64,000 bases of DNA from Heterodontus francisci. Its lineage: Eukaryota. This document shows positions 26,013 to 39,260 of this stretch, one piece after another. Both the position numbers and the translations under genes were made by a program. A model generated the notes under the pieces. That model was not told the DNA's origin. It saw only the letters and a program-made list of their open reading frames with translations, and did no database searches. Each line of letters starts with the position of its first letter. Position 1 is the stretch's first letter. Location of the stretch: NCBI RefSeq assembly GCF_036365525.1, contig NC_090397.1, positions 69,693,781 to 69,757,780 of the forward strand, in the 5' to 3' direction.

Positions 26013-28127
26013 AACTTTTTTTTTAATCATTCAGGGATGTGGGCGTCGCTGGCTAGGCCAGGATTTATTGCCCATCCCTAATTGCCCTTAAGAAGGTGGT
26101 GGTGAGCTGCCTTCTTGAACCGCTGCAGTCCATGTGGGGTAGGTACACCCACAGTGCTGTTAGGAAGGGAGTTCCAGAATTTTGATCCAGCGACAGTGAA
26201 GGAACGGCGATATAGTTCCAAGTCAGGATGGTGTGTGACTTGGAGGGGAATCTGCAGGTGGTGGTGTTCCCATGCATTTGCTGCCCTTGTCCTTCTAGTT
26301 GGTAGAGGTCACGGGTTTGGAAGGTGCTGTCTAAGGAGCATTGGTGCATTGCTGCAGTGCATCTTGTAGATGGTACACACTGCTGCCACTGTGCGTCGGT
26401 GGTGGAGGGAGTGAATGTTTGTAGATGGGGTGCCAATCAAGCGAGCTGCTTTGTCCTGGATGGTGTTCAGCTTCTTGAGTTTTGTTGGAGTTGCACCCAT
26501 CCAGGCAAGTGGAGAGTATTCCATCACACTCCTGACTTGTGCCTTGTAGATAGTGGACAGGCTTTGGGGAGTCAGGAGGTGAGTTACTCGTTACAGAATT
26601 CCTAGCCTCTGACCGGCAAGTTCTGGAGCACAGGTCTTCAGTACTATTGCCGGAATATTGTCAGGGCCCATAGCTTCTGCAGTATCCAGTGCCTTCAGTC
26701 GTTTCTTGATATCACGCGGAGTGAATCGAATTGGCTGAAGTCTAGCATCTGTGATGCTGGGGACTTCAGGAGGAGGCCGAGATGGATCATCAACTCGGCA
26801 CTTCTGGCTGAAGATTGTTGCAAATGCTTCAGCCTTATCTTTTGCACTGATGTGCTGGGCTCCCCCATCATTGAGGATGGGGATATTTGTGGAGCCACCT
26901 CCTCCAGTTAGTTGTCTAATTGTCCACCACCATTCACGGCTGGATGTGGCAGGACTGCAGAGCTTAGATCTGATCCGTTGGTTATGGGATTGCTTAGCTC
27001 TGTCTATCGCATGCTGCTTACGCAGTTTGGCATGCAGATAGTCCTGTGTTGTAGCTTCACCAGGTTGACACCTCATTTTGAGGTATGCCTGGTGCTGCTC
27101 CTGGCATGCCCTCCTGCACTTTTCATTGAACCAGGGTTGGTCTCCTGGCTGGATGGTAATGGTAGAGTGGGGGATATGCCGGGCCATGAGGTTACAGATT
27201 GTGGTTGAGTACAATTCTGCTGCTGCTGATGGCCCACAGCACCTCATGGATGCCCAGTTTTGCATTGCTAGATCTGTTCGAAATCTATCCCATTTAGCAC
27301 GGTGGTAGTGCCACACAACACGATGGAGGGTATCCTCAATGTGAAGGCGGGACTTCGTCTCCACAAGGACTGTGCGGTGGTAACCCCTACCAATACTGTC
27401 ATGGACAGAAGCATCTGCGGCAGGCATATTGGTGAGGACGAGGTCAAGTATGTTTTTCCCTCGTATTGGTTCCCTCACCACCTGCCGCAGAACCAGTCTA
27501 GCAGCTATGTCCTTTCGAACTTGGCCAGCTCTGTCAGTAGTGGTGCTACCGAGTCACTCTTGGTGATGGACATTGAAGTTCCCCACCCAGAGTACATTTT
27601 GTGCCCTTGCCACCCTCAGTGCTTCCTCCAAGTGGTGTTCAACATGGAGGAGTACTGAATCATCAGCTGAGGGAGGGCGGTAGGTGGTAATCAGTAGGAT
27701 TAAGTTGCCCAAGTTTGACCTGATGCCATGAGACTTCATGGGGTCCGGAGTCGATGTTGAGGACTCCCAGGGCAACTCCCTCCCTACTGTATACCACTGT
27801 GCCACCACCTCTGGTGGGTCTGTCCTGCCGGTGGGACAGGACATACCCGGGGATGGTGATGACAGTGTCTGGGACATTGTCTGTAAGGTATGATTCCGTG
27901 AGCATGACTGTGTCAGGCTGTTGCTTGACTAGTCTGTGGGACAGCTCTCCCCACTTTGGCACAAGCCCCCAGATGTTAGTAAGGAGGGCTTTGCAGGGTC
28001 GACAGGGCTGGGTTTGCCGTTGTCGTTTCTGGTGCCTAGTTCGATGCCGGGTGGTCCGTCCGGTTTCATTCCTTTTTATTGACTTCGTAGCAGTTAGGTA
28101 CAACTGAGTGGCTTGCTCAGCCAACTT
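26013..28127 (-). mobile_element. Family-B LINE with endonuclease domain and an internal deletion of the RT core
   Basis: EN motifs NIWGL, LTESYL, DRPTRGGG, YRPPS, GNFNVH and LDLVLTN. The junction LKTCAPELA|GQRLGIL at ~26613 skips the RT. The 3'UTR is present. Confidence 0.9.
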
Positions 28128-29975
28128 AACTTATCCTGCCTGAGAAGAGAGTGCTGACTGATTAGCAAGTGAACTCTGATTGGTGGAGGCATTGCCATGG
28201 AGAATGCACCAGTGTCCGGTGACTGACAGTTCACTGCCAAGCTTTGTTTGAAATTTAAACCAGGCAGCTTGACTCTGATTGGTCAAGGCGTTGTCCTGAG
28301 AAATGAACCAGCGAATGGTGGTCACTTATTTTGTTCAGCTGAAACAGGTGCAATGTGTGTACATGTTCTTTCTGTCTGCCAAGAACAGGGCCCTGTGTAT
28401 TAATATATCTAGCTCGCAGTGTGGCACATTTGCTGGTGGTACTGCTGAGCTGCCGGCCTTCCGATTGGTCAGCAGCTCAGGAGGTGGGAGCTTGGCCCTT
28501 AAAGGGACAGTGTTGCTGAGGGCGGGCAGTTAATTGCCTACCCACCGTTAAATAGCTAAGGGGGTCCGATGGAGGGCCAAGGCGGGTCTCCCCACATCGT
28601 CAGGACCCCCGATACCTGAATAAAATATAGCCCAATATCTCACTGGCCTCTGTTCTGCTTCAGCAGGAGGTCTTGTGGTAATGGACCCGTCCGTAGTTGC
28701 TCTTTGATTTCCCCTTTTTCTCCCTCTGTCAGAAGTGCCGATAGCTTCAGGGTCTGATTTATTAGCAGAGTCTTGTCAGGCAGCTGTGGAGAAAGCATCT
28801 CACAAAGATATGTCGCAAACAGTTACAGATAAGATCAATCTGGATCTCCACTTCAGCAATTAACTGAAAGTACGATAAGAGGCCTATCTTCTTACAAAGA
28901 ATGAAGAACACAAAGTTTGAGTTACAGGTAGGGTAACTGAGGCAGATTCATTAACCGACTTTTTGAAATATCGAGATTTGTATTACTTGTCATTTACACA
29001 AAACACTGGTTGCTGGGCAATTCATTTCACACAGGTTAACAGAGCTGAGAGCGATCAGTGAATTAATTAACAGCAACCTGTGGAGGTGATACTTTGAGGG
29101 AATTAAAAGCCATACTCCAATTAGGACTTTTGATTGATAGTTTTCTTCCTCTTAAGTACTAGTTATTCTCCACTTTCTCCCCTTTGGTAGTTTTCTGCCC
29201 TCCTTTGTGAAGATGCCAATTTGTGATGTGATGTGAGTGTTATGCCACCAGTCCACTGTGCCCTCAGCTAGGCAGCCATGCTTCCTGTGAGAGCGGACAG
29301 ACTGAGCAGACCAGCACGTTCTATGTACTGAGAGGACGCACTGAAGCTCGGAGCAGCCGCCACAAAGGCTCAATGGGAAAAGATCAGTTTCGAGCCCTCG
29401 TGCCCTAGGTCACTGAGGGGCTACAGCACGTGTAAAACACCTTGGGCTGTATGTTTACTGTAATGTAAATGTCGGTGCAATCTGCATTGTAAGTGGAATG
29501 AGGTGCACTAAGTCCCATGTACCATATTTAACTAAACTGACCTTTATTGCACTGTATGCACGGCCACACCTGAATTGTACTGTAATGTAACTTTGCAAAT
29601 ATGATAATAAAAGTATATTTTTGGAAAAAAAAATCAAGTTGGTTGTCTGATCATGGGTGATCTCATAATGGAGCAGGATCCTGCCTCTCCCAATATCTGC
29701 ACTTTCCATCTGGAGTCACTGGGCAGCAAACAAGAGGCAAGCCCACTCTCAACATCTCCCGTCCCTAGACAATGGTTCTCAGGTCAGCTCTAATGGCTGC
29801 TTTTTCAAATCTATAGCCCCCTCCGTTTATCCGCTGAGCGAGCAGGAGAGTCCTTTTCATCTTGTACAGAGCTTATTCTTCCATCGGCCCTATATTTTGG
29901 AAGTTTAATCATGTTTTCCTGCTTTTCCTGCCAGTGCCACTGACCTGTGACATGAGGGTATTTAAGGCGCAGTGC

Positions 29976-30317
29976 GCGGCACAGTGGTGCAGTGGTTAGC
30001 ACCGCAACCTCACAGCTCCAGCGACCCGGGTTCAATTCTGGGTACTGCCTGTGCGGAGTTTGCAAGTTCTCCCTGTGTCTGCGTGGGTTTCCGCTGAGTG
30101 CTTCGGTTTCATCCCACAGCCAAAGACTTGCAGGTTGATAGGTAAATTGGCCATTGTAAATTGCCCCTAGTATAGGTAGGTGGTTGGAGAATGGTGGGGA
30201 TGTGGTAGGGAATATGGGGTTAATGTAGGATTAATATAAATGGGTGGTTGTTGGTCGGCACAGACTCGGTGGGCCAAAGGGCCTGTTTCAGTGCTGTATC
30301 TCTAAATAAATAAATAA
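29976..30317 (+). mobile_element. V-SINE/HE1-like SINE
   Basis: Family match to 4004-4352; ends (TAAA)n. Confidence 0.9.
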
Positions 30318-30789
30318 GATGTTTCGTCCTTGTGCAGACTAATGGAGCAAGGAACAGTGCCTGCAGGGAGCACATCTTGGCAAATGGCAATGCCCAACTT
30401 GTGAATGCCCAAGAAGCACTCCCTGGGAATGCTGGTCCCTGCTGGGCATTCTGGATCGCAGAATCAGCCTTTAAAAGTTGCTAAATGTTTTAAAACTCCT
30501 AACATTAGTGTTTTGATGACAAGTCATGGCTCATAAAGGAAAAATTCACTACTGGTTTCACATCACTCGATCCATTTCTAAGCAAGGTATTCTTGCCACT
30601 TTTACACAATTTGATCTGAATGCAACTGGGAAGAGAATCTAAGCTGTTTCCATTTACTCTGCAGCCACGATGAGCATCTCAGAAAACGATGAAATTACTC
30701 AATGGTCAATCCAGATGTGTCTCACTGTATAGCCCAGTCACAACACTGGTCACAGTCAGTTCATTCTACAAGCAACTGCACGTTATATC

Positions 30790-31086
30790 TTCCAGTTTTA
30801 TCTTGGGTAAACGTGAGCTCATTCAAAAGCCTGTTGCCCGTGTCCTAATTCGCACCAATTCCCATTCAGCTTCGAATGCCTTCCCTAAACTTTTCCCTAA
30901 ACAGCTTCTCTACCTCCCTCCCCAATTTTCAGACACTCCTGAAAACCTACCAAGCTTCTGGTCATCTAACTTAATATCTTCTTATGTGGCTCAGTGTCAA
31001 AATTTTGTTTGATAATGTTCCTGTGAGGCACCTTGGGCTGTTTTATTGTGTGAAAGGCGCTATATAAATGAAAGTTGTTGTTGTTG
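30790..31086 (+). mobile_element. L2 3' fragment
   Basis: Tail GGCGCTATATAAATGAAAGTTGTTGTTG. Confidence 0.7.
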
Positions 31087-31739
31087 AATAGCGCACTTCC
31101 CAACGGAGCCATCAGGGAGCCTAATATCTGCATGGTAACATTTCTACAGATTTATTTAGTCAATCTATTATTGCAGTAAATTACATAATGCACAATGGTT
31201 ACACAGCTACAACAGCTTTCTATGAAGCGTTGATAAACAGCAAGTTTGATTCTCAGCCAGTGTGCTGCCAGGATTTTAAAAATTCATTAGTATTCGCCCT
31301 GTACCATCAGCTCCCAATATCCTTGGGTCAATCTTTTCCACTACTACACACTTGGAACCATGATAATTATTCATTTCCCTGCTCAGTTCTAATAGGATGA
31401 TGACTGGCTGGAAAGTCATCACAATGATTCCCATAATCACCTAAATCTTCACCAAGATCTGCCTTTTAAAATTGGCATTTTACTATATGAAATGAAGCTG
31501 TCAAGCTTCATCAAATCTCTCATGCCCATAAGCTATCTTTTTTTGTTATAGCAATTAAAATGATTATTTCAAAATGCTCACTCAGTTAAACAAGATCTGC
31601 ATGACAGTGCATTACTGCACAATATTTTATAGGTCCTGAGTAACAAAGTATTATAGGACATTGAGAATTAAATTGGAAAAATGTCATTAATTCCCAAAAT
31701 GTTATATATTTCTTAATAGATTTGACTCGAATTACTAAA

Positions 31740-32155
31740 GAAAGAATAAAATGCATTTGTCTTGTGCTTTATCACAAAGTACTTTGCACAAGTGCATTAC
31801 TTTTGAAGTGTAGGCACTGTGGTTATTTAGTTAAATGTGGTAACCTGTGCACAACAAAACCTCACGATAGTAAATCAGATGGCTGGTCAGCTAATCTGAT
31901 TTGTTTCCGTGCAGGAATTTTATCCAGGGCACAGAGAGAACTCCCTGCCTCTCTCTGAATAATGCTATGCCATCGTTTTACATCCAGATGAACAGTCAGA
32001 CTGGCCCTTTGTTTTTATATCGCTTCTGAAAGACGGCACCTGAGACACTGCAGCACTCCCTCCGTATTACAACGGAGTGTCCACTGAGATTATGTGTTTA
32101 AGTCCTTGGCGTGGGGCCTGAAGCCTCAATCTTCTGACTCAGAGGTAGGAGTGAA
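31740..32155 (-). mobile_element. Degraded DeuSINE/SacSINE1-like SINE
   Basis: Shares blocks with 4378-4807 (CTGCAGCACTCCCTC.GTA, TTCTGACTCAGAGG). Confidence 0.6.
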
Positions 32156-32259
32156 CCAAAATTATCAGCAAACTATAAATATACATTAAAGATTGGCTAC
32201 TGTGGGAAAATATCCAAAGCTGCAGTTTCCAGTTGATCAACAAAGAACTTTTAATGTCT

Positions 32260-32765
32260 CATACGAACATAGGAATTAGAAGCAGGAGCAGGCCACTCGG
32301 CCCTTCGAGCCTGCTCCACCATTCAATAAGTTCATGGCTAAACTGATTACTCCACATTTCCACCTACCCCCGATAACCTTTCACCCCCTTGCTTATCAAG
32401 AATCTATCTACCTCTGCCTTAAAAATATTCAAAGACTCTGCTTCCACCTCCTTTTGAGGAAGAAAATTCCAAAGACTCACAACCCTCAGAGAAAAAATTT
32501 CTCCTCATCTCTGCCTTAAATGGGCGACCCCTTATTTTTAAACAGCGACCCCTAATTCTAGATTCTCCCACAAGAGGAAACATCCTTTCCACATCCACCA
32601 TGTCAAGACCCCTCAGGATCTTATATGTTTCAATCAAGTCGCCTCTCACTCTTCTAAATTCCAGTGGATACAAGCCTAGCCTGTCCAATCTTTCCTCGTA
32701 AGACAGCCCACCCATTCCAGGTATTAGTCTCGTAAACCTTCTCTGTACTGCCTCCAACGCATTTA
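32260..32765 (-). mobile_element. CR1 3' fragment
   Basis: ALEAVQRRFTRLIPGMGGLSYEERLDRLGL. Confidence 0.9.
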
Positions 32766-33320
32766 CAATTAATTGCCACTTAAGGGCCTCCGCCCACCGC
32801 TGCTGGTATTTTACCAGCGGTGGATGGGCATCAGCACCTGAGGAGGCTGCCCAGTAATATCCCATGGAGGGTCCCCCTAGCAGCACCGGCCACCTCTGCC
32901 AAAACTAACCCCCCCTACAATCTGATCCCCCCCCTTGAAAGGCCCAGCCGATTGTCCCTAGTGAGGCTCAATCCCCACTTACCTTCCTGAAGGGTGACGT
33001 TCATCGGCCTCTTCTGGCTCTGTGCAGTCCCAGAAGTGGCCACCTCTCCCGGTGGCGCTCCTGGAACTGAGGAGCTGCTGGTCCTCTGATTGGCCAGCAG
33101 CTTTTGGAGGTGGGACTTCCTGCCTCAGAGGGACAGAAGTCCCGACCGAGGGCCAATTAAGTGCCTGGGTCATCCAAAATAGCAGGGTGGCTCCCAGGCC
33201 TGTTGTGGGGGTGGGGGCGGGGGTTGTGAGGGGGGGGGGGTGATGGGGTGGGGGGTGGCAGCTCTCCCCCAACTTTTCAACGGGTGAGCAGGGTCACCAT
33301 CTGAACATTAAATTCCGGTC
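32766..33320. mobile_element. GC-rich MITE-like fragment
   Basis: Shares CTGATTGGCCAGCAGC..GGTGGGA motifs with 28430-28633 and 55789-56514. Confidence 0.45.
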
Positions 33321-34474
33321 TATGACTCTATGAAATCCAAGCCTCAATAATTGGATGCAGGTCTCATCTCTTTCATGTCATTGTGTGAAATATGGGTTAG
33401 TCTCCATCTAATTCTTAGTGACTATGGGCCTAGAGAATAAATTAGCTTATTATTAATTGACAATGTCATTCGGAGGGGCCACAGGAAAGTTGCTGTGGGC
33501 AATGGAGAGATATTGCATTGCTGGAGTAGGACCAGCCCTTCGAAGATCGAGCTGACTCACAAGGATTAGGCACACCATCGAGCACATTACTCTGTATCCT
33601 AGAGTACCCAGCGGACCTGGGCTCTGGCAATGTTTGATGCTAATATTGGATGTCAACCTGGCTCAGTCAGAGCAATCCTGCCTTCGGGTCAGAAGGCTCT
33701 CCATTCCAGAGACTTCAGCACATAATCCAGGCTGGCACTTCAGTGCAGTACTGAGGGAATTCTTCTTTACTAAAATAAGTGGAGGGGATTACTCCCATCA
33801 CCATCAGGGAGGGCAATATTAGACACCAATTCATAGAAATAATTACTTACCAACTTGCAAAATGTTTTCAACCACCAAACAATCCAAGGAAGTAATAAAA
33901 GATCTGCAAACTGCATGGAAGGAGACAGAACAAAATATAACAAACAGGAGAAGTGGGAGAGCCTTGGGTGTATGATGCAAATTACTGTTGAGATATTTAA
34001 AGCCGGGCGCAGTGTGGGAGGGAGGAGCTGAAGAAGCTCCATAGTGTTATCCAATGAGGCTCACATTTGGAAGCTGATAATTTCATTATGCAGGAAGGAA
34101 GATGAGATGTGTAAGAATTCCAGAGGCACCTGTTTGTTCAGCATGCCAGCAGTGTTTGCTGGAGTGCTCTTGAATAGGATAGAGGGCTGCACAACAGTCC
34201 CTGCAGCTTCAATAGAGGATACAGTATGCTGACTGGATCTTCACACTGCAACAGCAGATTAACAAGTGCAATGTGTCTGGAAAAGACCCTGATACGATAG
34301 CTCAATGCTTGTGAATTACCCCTTAGTTCAGGCACTGTTCCCCTCCATTTCAAAGCAGCCATCTTCACCATCCTGCCTCACAAACAAGCTCCCTATCAGC
34401 CAAAAGATTGAATTTAGGATCCTTGTCCTCACCTGCAAATCTTCTATGGCCTTATCAACCTATTTCTGAAACCT

Positions 34475-34812
34475 ACAGTGGCACAGTGGTTAGCACCGCA
34501 GCCTCACAGCTCCAGCGACCCAGGTTCAGTTCTGGGTACTGCCTGTGTGGAGTTTGCAAGTTCTCCCTGTGACCGTGTGGGTTTCCGCCAGGTACTCTGG
34601 TTTCCTCCCACAGCCAAAGACTTGCAGGTTGATAGGTAAATTGGCCATTATAAATTGCCCCTAGTGTAGGTAGGTGGTAGGAGAATGGTGGGGATGTGGT
34701 AGAGAATATGGGGTTAATGTAGGATTAGTATAAATGGGTGGTTGTTGGTCGGCACAGACTTGGTGGGCCGAAGGGCCTGTTTCAGTGCTGTATCTCTAAA
34801 TAAATAAAATAA
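34475..34812 (+). mobile_element. V-SINE/HE1-like SINE within an old L2 tail (34400-35082)
   Basis: Family match; the flanks are degenerate L2. Confidence 0.88.
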
Positions 34813-35584
34813 AATGCCTTCTGGTTCTCTGACTTTAGCCTTCCGTGCACTGCCACTTCCTCCACTCCAACTCTGGAAGACTCTTCAAATATCTTAATGC
34901 TGCTCTCTGGAACGTCATCTCTTCCCTCCTCTAGCTCCCTGTCTTCAAATGTTTCCTGAAAAACAATTTCTTCAACTAGGCTTTTGGTCATTTCACCTCA
35001 CACTTCTTTAAAGGCTAGCTGCCTGTTGCTAAGTGCCTCAAGGCATTTTTTCATGTGTATAATATAAAAGCAAGTTGTTGTTAAGGAACTGTGTGACTCA
35101 ATCTGGAGCAACAGTATGGTGGAATGGCTGGATCCCTGAGGGTATTGGTGGTGTTAAAGGGTGGGGCTATGGGGTGGTGGGTACACAAGGAACTAAATGC
35201 TTATGGAAGGACTGAAGGAAAAATATCGGCACGGTTGAAGGTGAAACTGGAAGTCCATCATGACTGTACCTCATCACACACCTTGTTCATTGCCATTGAT
35301 AACTTGACTAAGATAATAAGTGGCAACACGAATGTAGTATGAAAGAATGGGTAGATGATGTCCCCATTCTTGCTGGATCTTTGAGTCCTGCCAAAGAAGT
35401 TGAGCAATGAAGAAAACAAGCAGAAACTCAACATCATAAAGTGGATATTGATGATGAGAAGATGAAAATGATGGGCAAGGAAAGTTATACAATTGGCGAA
35501 CGAAGATGCAAATAATTTCCACAGATCATGACTGTGTGTCATATGCGACCCAAGATACGCTTCCTACCACACATTCACACCATC

Positions 35585-36202
35585 ACTAAGACCGCCTATT
35601 TCCACTTCTGTAACATCACCCAAATTCAACATTGTCTCAGCTCATCCATGCCTTTGTTAAATCTAGATTTGAATATTCCATAGCACTCATAGTTGGTCTC
35701 CCACATTCTACCCTCTACAAACCTGAGGTCATTCAAAACTCTGCTGTCCAGTTCCGAACTTGCACCAAGTCCTGTTTGCCATATCACCCCTGTGCTCGCT
35801 GACCTACAGTGACTCCTGATCAAGCAATGCCTCAATTTTCCTTGTTTTCAAGTTGCTTCATAGTCTCACCCTTGGCAATCTCCTCCAGCCCCATAACCCA
35901 CTGAGATCTCTGCACTCTGCAAATTCTGGCCTTCTGAGCATCCCCAATTTTAATCGCTCTACCATTTGTGGCCATGCCTTCAGTTGCTGAAGGCCTAAGC
36001 TCTGTATTACCCTCCCTAAACCTCTCCGCCTCTCTTTCCTCCTTTATGTCGCTCTTTAATACTTTGACCAAGTTTTTATTCATGTGTACCTAATATGTCC
36101 TTTTGTGGATCAGTGTCAAATTTCTTTCCTTAATTCTCCTGTGATGCATCTTGAGATGTTTTATCATGTTAAAAGCGCTATATAAATGCAAGGTGTTGTT
36201 GT
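35585..36202 (+). mobile_element. L2 3' fragment
   Basis: ATCACCCCTGTGCTCGCTGACCTACA and GCGCTATATAAATGCAAG tail. Confidence 0.82.
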
Positions 36203-36319
36203 GGAAGGTTTCAAGTCAAACACAAGCCGGTTTCCAATAATTCTGCTTTACACAAGTTCACGATGATTACACTATATGTTGGAATTTGAATATTTACAGT
36301 TTGATCTCATGGCCAGTGT

Positions 36320-36665
36320 TTTTTTTAATGATTTGTTTGTGGGATGTGGGCATCGCTAGGCTATCTGAGATGGCATTTTAAGAGTCAACCACATTACTGT
36401 GGGTCTGGAATCACATGTAGGCCAGACCAGGTAAAAATGGCAGATTTCCTTCCTTAAAGGGTGTTCGTGACCATTGGGTGATGGGTTTTTAAAGCAATCG
36501 ACGATGGCTTTATGGTCACCATTAGACTAGCTTTTAATTCCAGAATTATTAATTGAATTCAAATTTCACCATCTGCCATGGTGGGATTCAAACCCAAGTC
36601 TGCTGAGCATTAACCTGGGCTCTGGATTACAGGTCTAGTGTCATTACCAGTACGTCACTGCCTCC
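36320..36665 (-). mobile_element. tRNA-derived SINE with a 3' tail shared with the family-B LINE
   Basis: The tail GGGATGTGGGCATCGCT matches the family-B 3' end; tRNA-like head at the right end. Confidence 0.7.
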
Positions 36666-38686
36666 CACTACAAGAAGTGTCTTTGCAGAGACTGTTTGTC
36701 AACTGCTTGGAAAGTGGCAAAGTGTGTGTTGATCAAACTGCTGGAAACCCCAGCAACAACTGTTTAACTAGTAATCAATCGATCCAGCTACTTAAACTAG
36801 ATGTTCTTGGCTGTGATCCATTAAGATAAGCTTATTCTGCATGTAAGTTGTGACTTGTAACTTTAACGAGCTTTAAAGATTATTGAAATTGCTAAGCCAT
36901 ACAATTAATATATTATGAATTATCCTGTGCATAAAAAAATCACTAATACACTGAGTGAAACCGTGATTACAGTGTTTGTATTTTTTGAAAGCATTACAGT
37001 GCTTGTATGTAGCAATGTCCAAAAGTGGGAGAGAACCATCACTCCATATGGTCTAAAACAAAGTTCAAATGCTGACATGTAATTCTCTCCCACATCTGTC
37101 AATTGCTTTCTCTTCCAAATATATATCCTGTTCCCTCCTGAATGTACCAACATTATCAGCCTCCATGGACAGTCTGTTCCAGATCTTCACCACTCTCCAT
37201 ATAGAACTGGTAAATGTGAGGGGAAGGAAAGTTTAGATAGAACATCACTTTGCTCAGAGTACTGCCCTATTCTTTAGTCAAAAAGATATATTGAAAAAAT
37301 GTAATCTTAACTTGTCAGAAAAGCTGTTAATTATTTTTTTCTCTCAATGGAGGCCCTCTGTGCTGAGTCCCCTTGCCTTTTGACTGCCCTACTGATGTCA
37401 TTAACAGTGAAACGCTACAGATAATAATCCACAACTTCAGACAAGCACTGGGAGATGGTTCCAGATTAACATGCTACATACAATCGGTACAGCTGCTCTG
37501 GGAAACAAGGCACTCCTTGCTGCCACTGATGTTACATGAGCATTCCATAACAAGGAACCCCACCAACATGGCCTGTCTTCCCAGTATAACACAAAAGTTG
37601 CTGTTTGAAAGAGAGGTTGAGCCTTGTTTTTCCCAACATATGTTTTGTTTTTGAACAGATAATGGAAGGTTCTTGAACAATGAAATACTCCTGCCCAGAC
37701 TTTCCATCATCTTTAAAGATCTGCTTAATTCCTTTGCTTTCTGAATCCTGTTATATAATGAGACAATGTCCAGTGTCGATAAGAAACATGGGATGTATTA
37801 TGTCACATGGTGAACGTCTTTTATTACCCAATAATCTCTCAGGAAATTAGCTGCGGCATTATGCAATGCAGGCGATAAGAATTCACAGACACGTTTTAAG
37901 CAGCTGTGTAGGCACAGCAATTACAATAATAAACAGTGCATTATGCATGCTATTTATATAATGCTACAATATTTAGGAATGGTTTATGCAGTTGAAGCTG
38001 TCATAAATTCCATCGTCACATTATTTAAACAGGGGCAAAAAAATCACTGCACAAATTGGTGTTTTCTGTCTGGGAACAACTGGCACCGTATATACAAAGT
38101 CTTGTCAGTTACAATGAAAGAAATGGCCCTACCAATTTACAATCAAGACATACATATGATAGAGTTTTACTGAAGCTCCACAATTAAAACATCTTTTCAG
38201 ATGATATTAATTGGACAGACCTGATACCATCGCTTTAATGATTAATCTGTACATTAATTATTTTTGCAATATAATTTTTCAAGATGGGCAGTTGCTTCAG
38301 GCATAATGTGATACAGGAAACAGGATACTCGCTGGAAGCTGATCTCTCACATCCATTCAATGCTCAAATGCTCATTTTCACCGTCAGTTTCAATGCCCGA
38401 CACCACACAGTTCAATTTACACTCTGCAAAGCAAAAAATAACCACGAGATCTTTCGCTTTATTTGAGCTCAACAAAAAACGGCATGTGAATGCCTGAAGT
38501 TTCCATTCATTTCCAAAATGAAGTGAATCGAACAGTAAATTCTCGCCCAATCCTGCAATAATCTGCAGAAGCCAGTGATATTTGGTATGGTAACTGGAAA
38601 CAGATGTAATATACACTGAGAGCCTTAATACTGAAGCAGGGATATGTTTAATATTGACTCGAGACTCAGAGAATGAATCCTCTTAC

Positions 38687-38779
38687 CTTTTCACCGCTGC
38701 TCCTTTTCAATGTTCCGTATGGAATTTTGAACAAGAGTCTCCTGGTCCTTCCAGGCGTGACAGCTGCTTGTACAACCAT
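38687..38779 (-). CDS. FRMD4B: Upstream alternative first coding exon (31 codons) of the same FRMD4-family gene
   Basis: ATG at 38779 in context ACTATGG; reads MVVQAAVTPGRTRRLLFKIPYGTLKRSSGEK, then a strong phase-0 donor AAG|GTAAGA at 38687/38686. It resembles an FRMD4A alternative N-terminus as I recall it (MVVQAAVAPNRSQRLLLKIPYGSLRRRSVER|MTEGR). Too short for the ORF track. Confidence 0.85.
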
Positions 38780-39260
38780 AGTGCAGGCTCAATAGGAAAA
38801 GGAAAAACACAAAAAGAAATTCAACAACTTCCAAAGCCTGGGTCTACTCCAGATTCCTCAAATTCCACGGCTGAGTACGTGGGGCTTTCAGTTCATTTGC
38901 AGGATGATTTTGCTGGGGCTTTTTTCTCCCCGGATTTAAAAGAGAAAATTTGAAAACACCTCCAGTGTCGTTTGCTCTGTGCTGTAAACACTGAGCTTTC
39001 TTCTTCAATTCAACCTGGTCTCAGTGGAGCAGCGCACTCTCGGAAAATGAGAGCTTTTGGGAGAGGAACGTTCTCAAAACGTCAAGTTTAGTTTTTGTAA
39101 CAGTGGATGCTGACAGGGTCAGCTGTCTAATCTGCCTCTATCAGTGCTAAGTGTGCCACGTGACACAGGACTCCCCCTGGTTTGTTGCAAGACAGGTCAC
39201 ATGTCCATTTCAGGAAGAGTATCTGATGTATCACCATCTGGTGCAGAGATTACTGCTAAA
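38780..39260 (-). promoter_or_regulatory. Probable 5'UTR and promoter of the upstream FRMD4 first exon
   Basis: Repeat-free sequence directly 5' of the ATG, with E-boxes CACGTG (~39156) and GGTCACATG (~39195) and a forkhead-type TGTAAACA (~38983). The TSS cannot be determined. Confidence 0.45.

Noticed and set aside
38654-38953. Plus-strand 99-aa ORF
   Set aside because: It is the antisense shadow of the FRMD4 exon and its UTR, and starts at a non-ATG codon.
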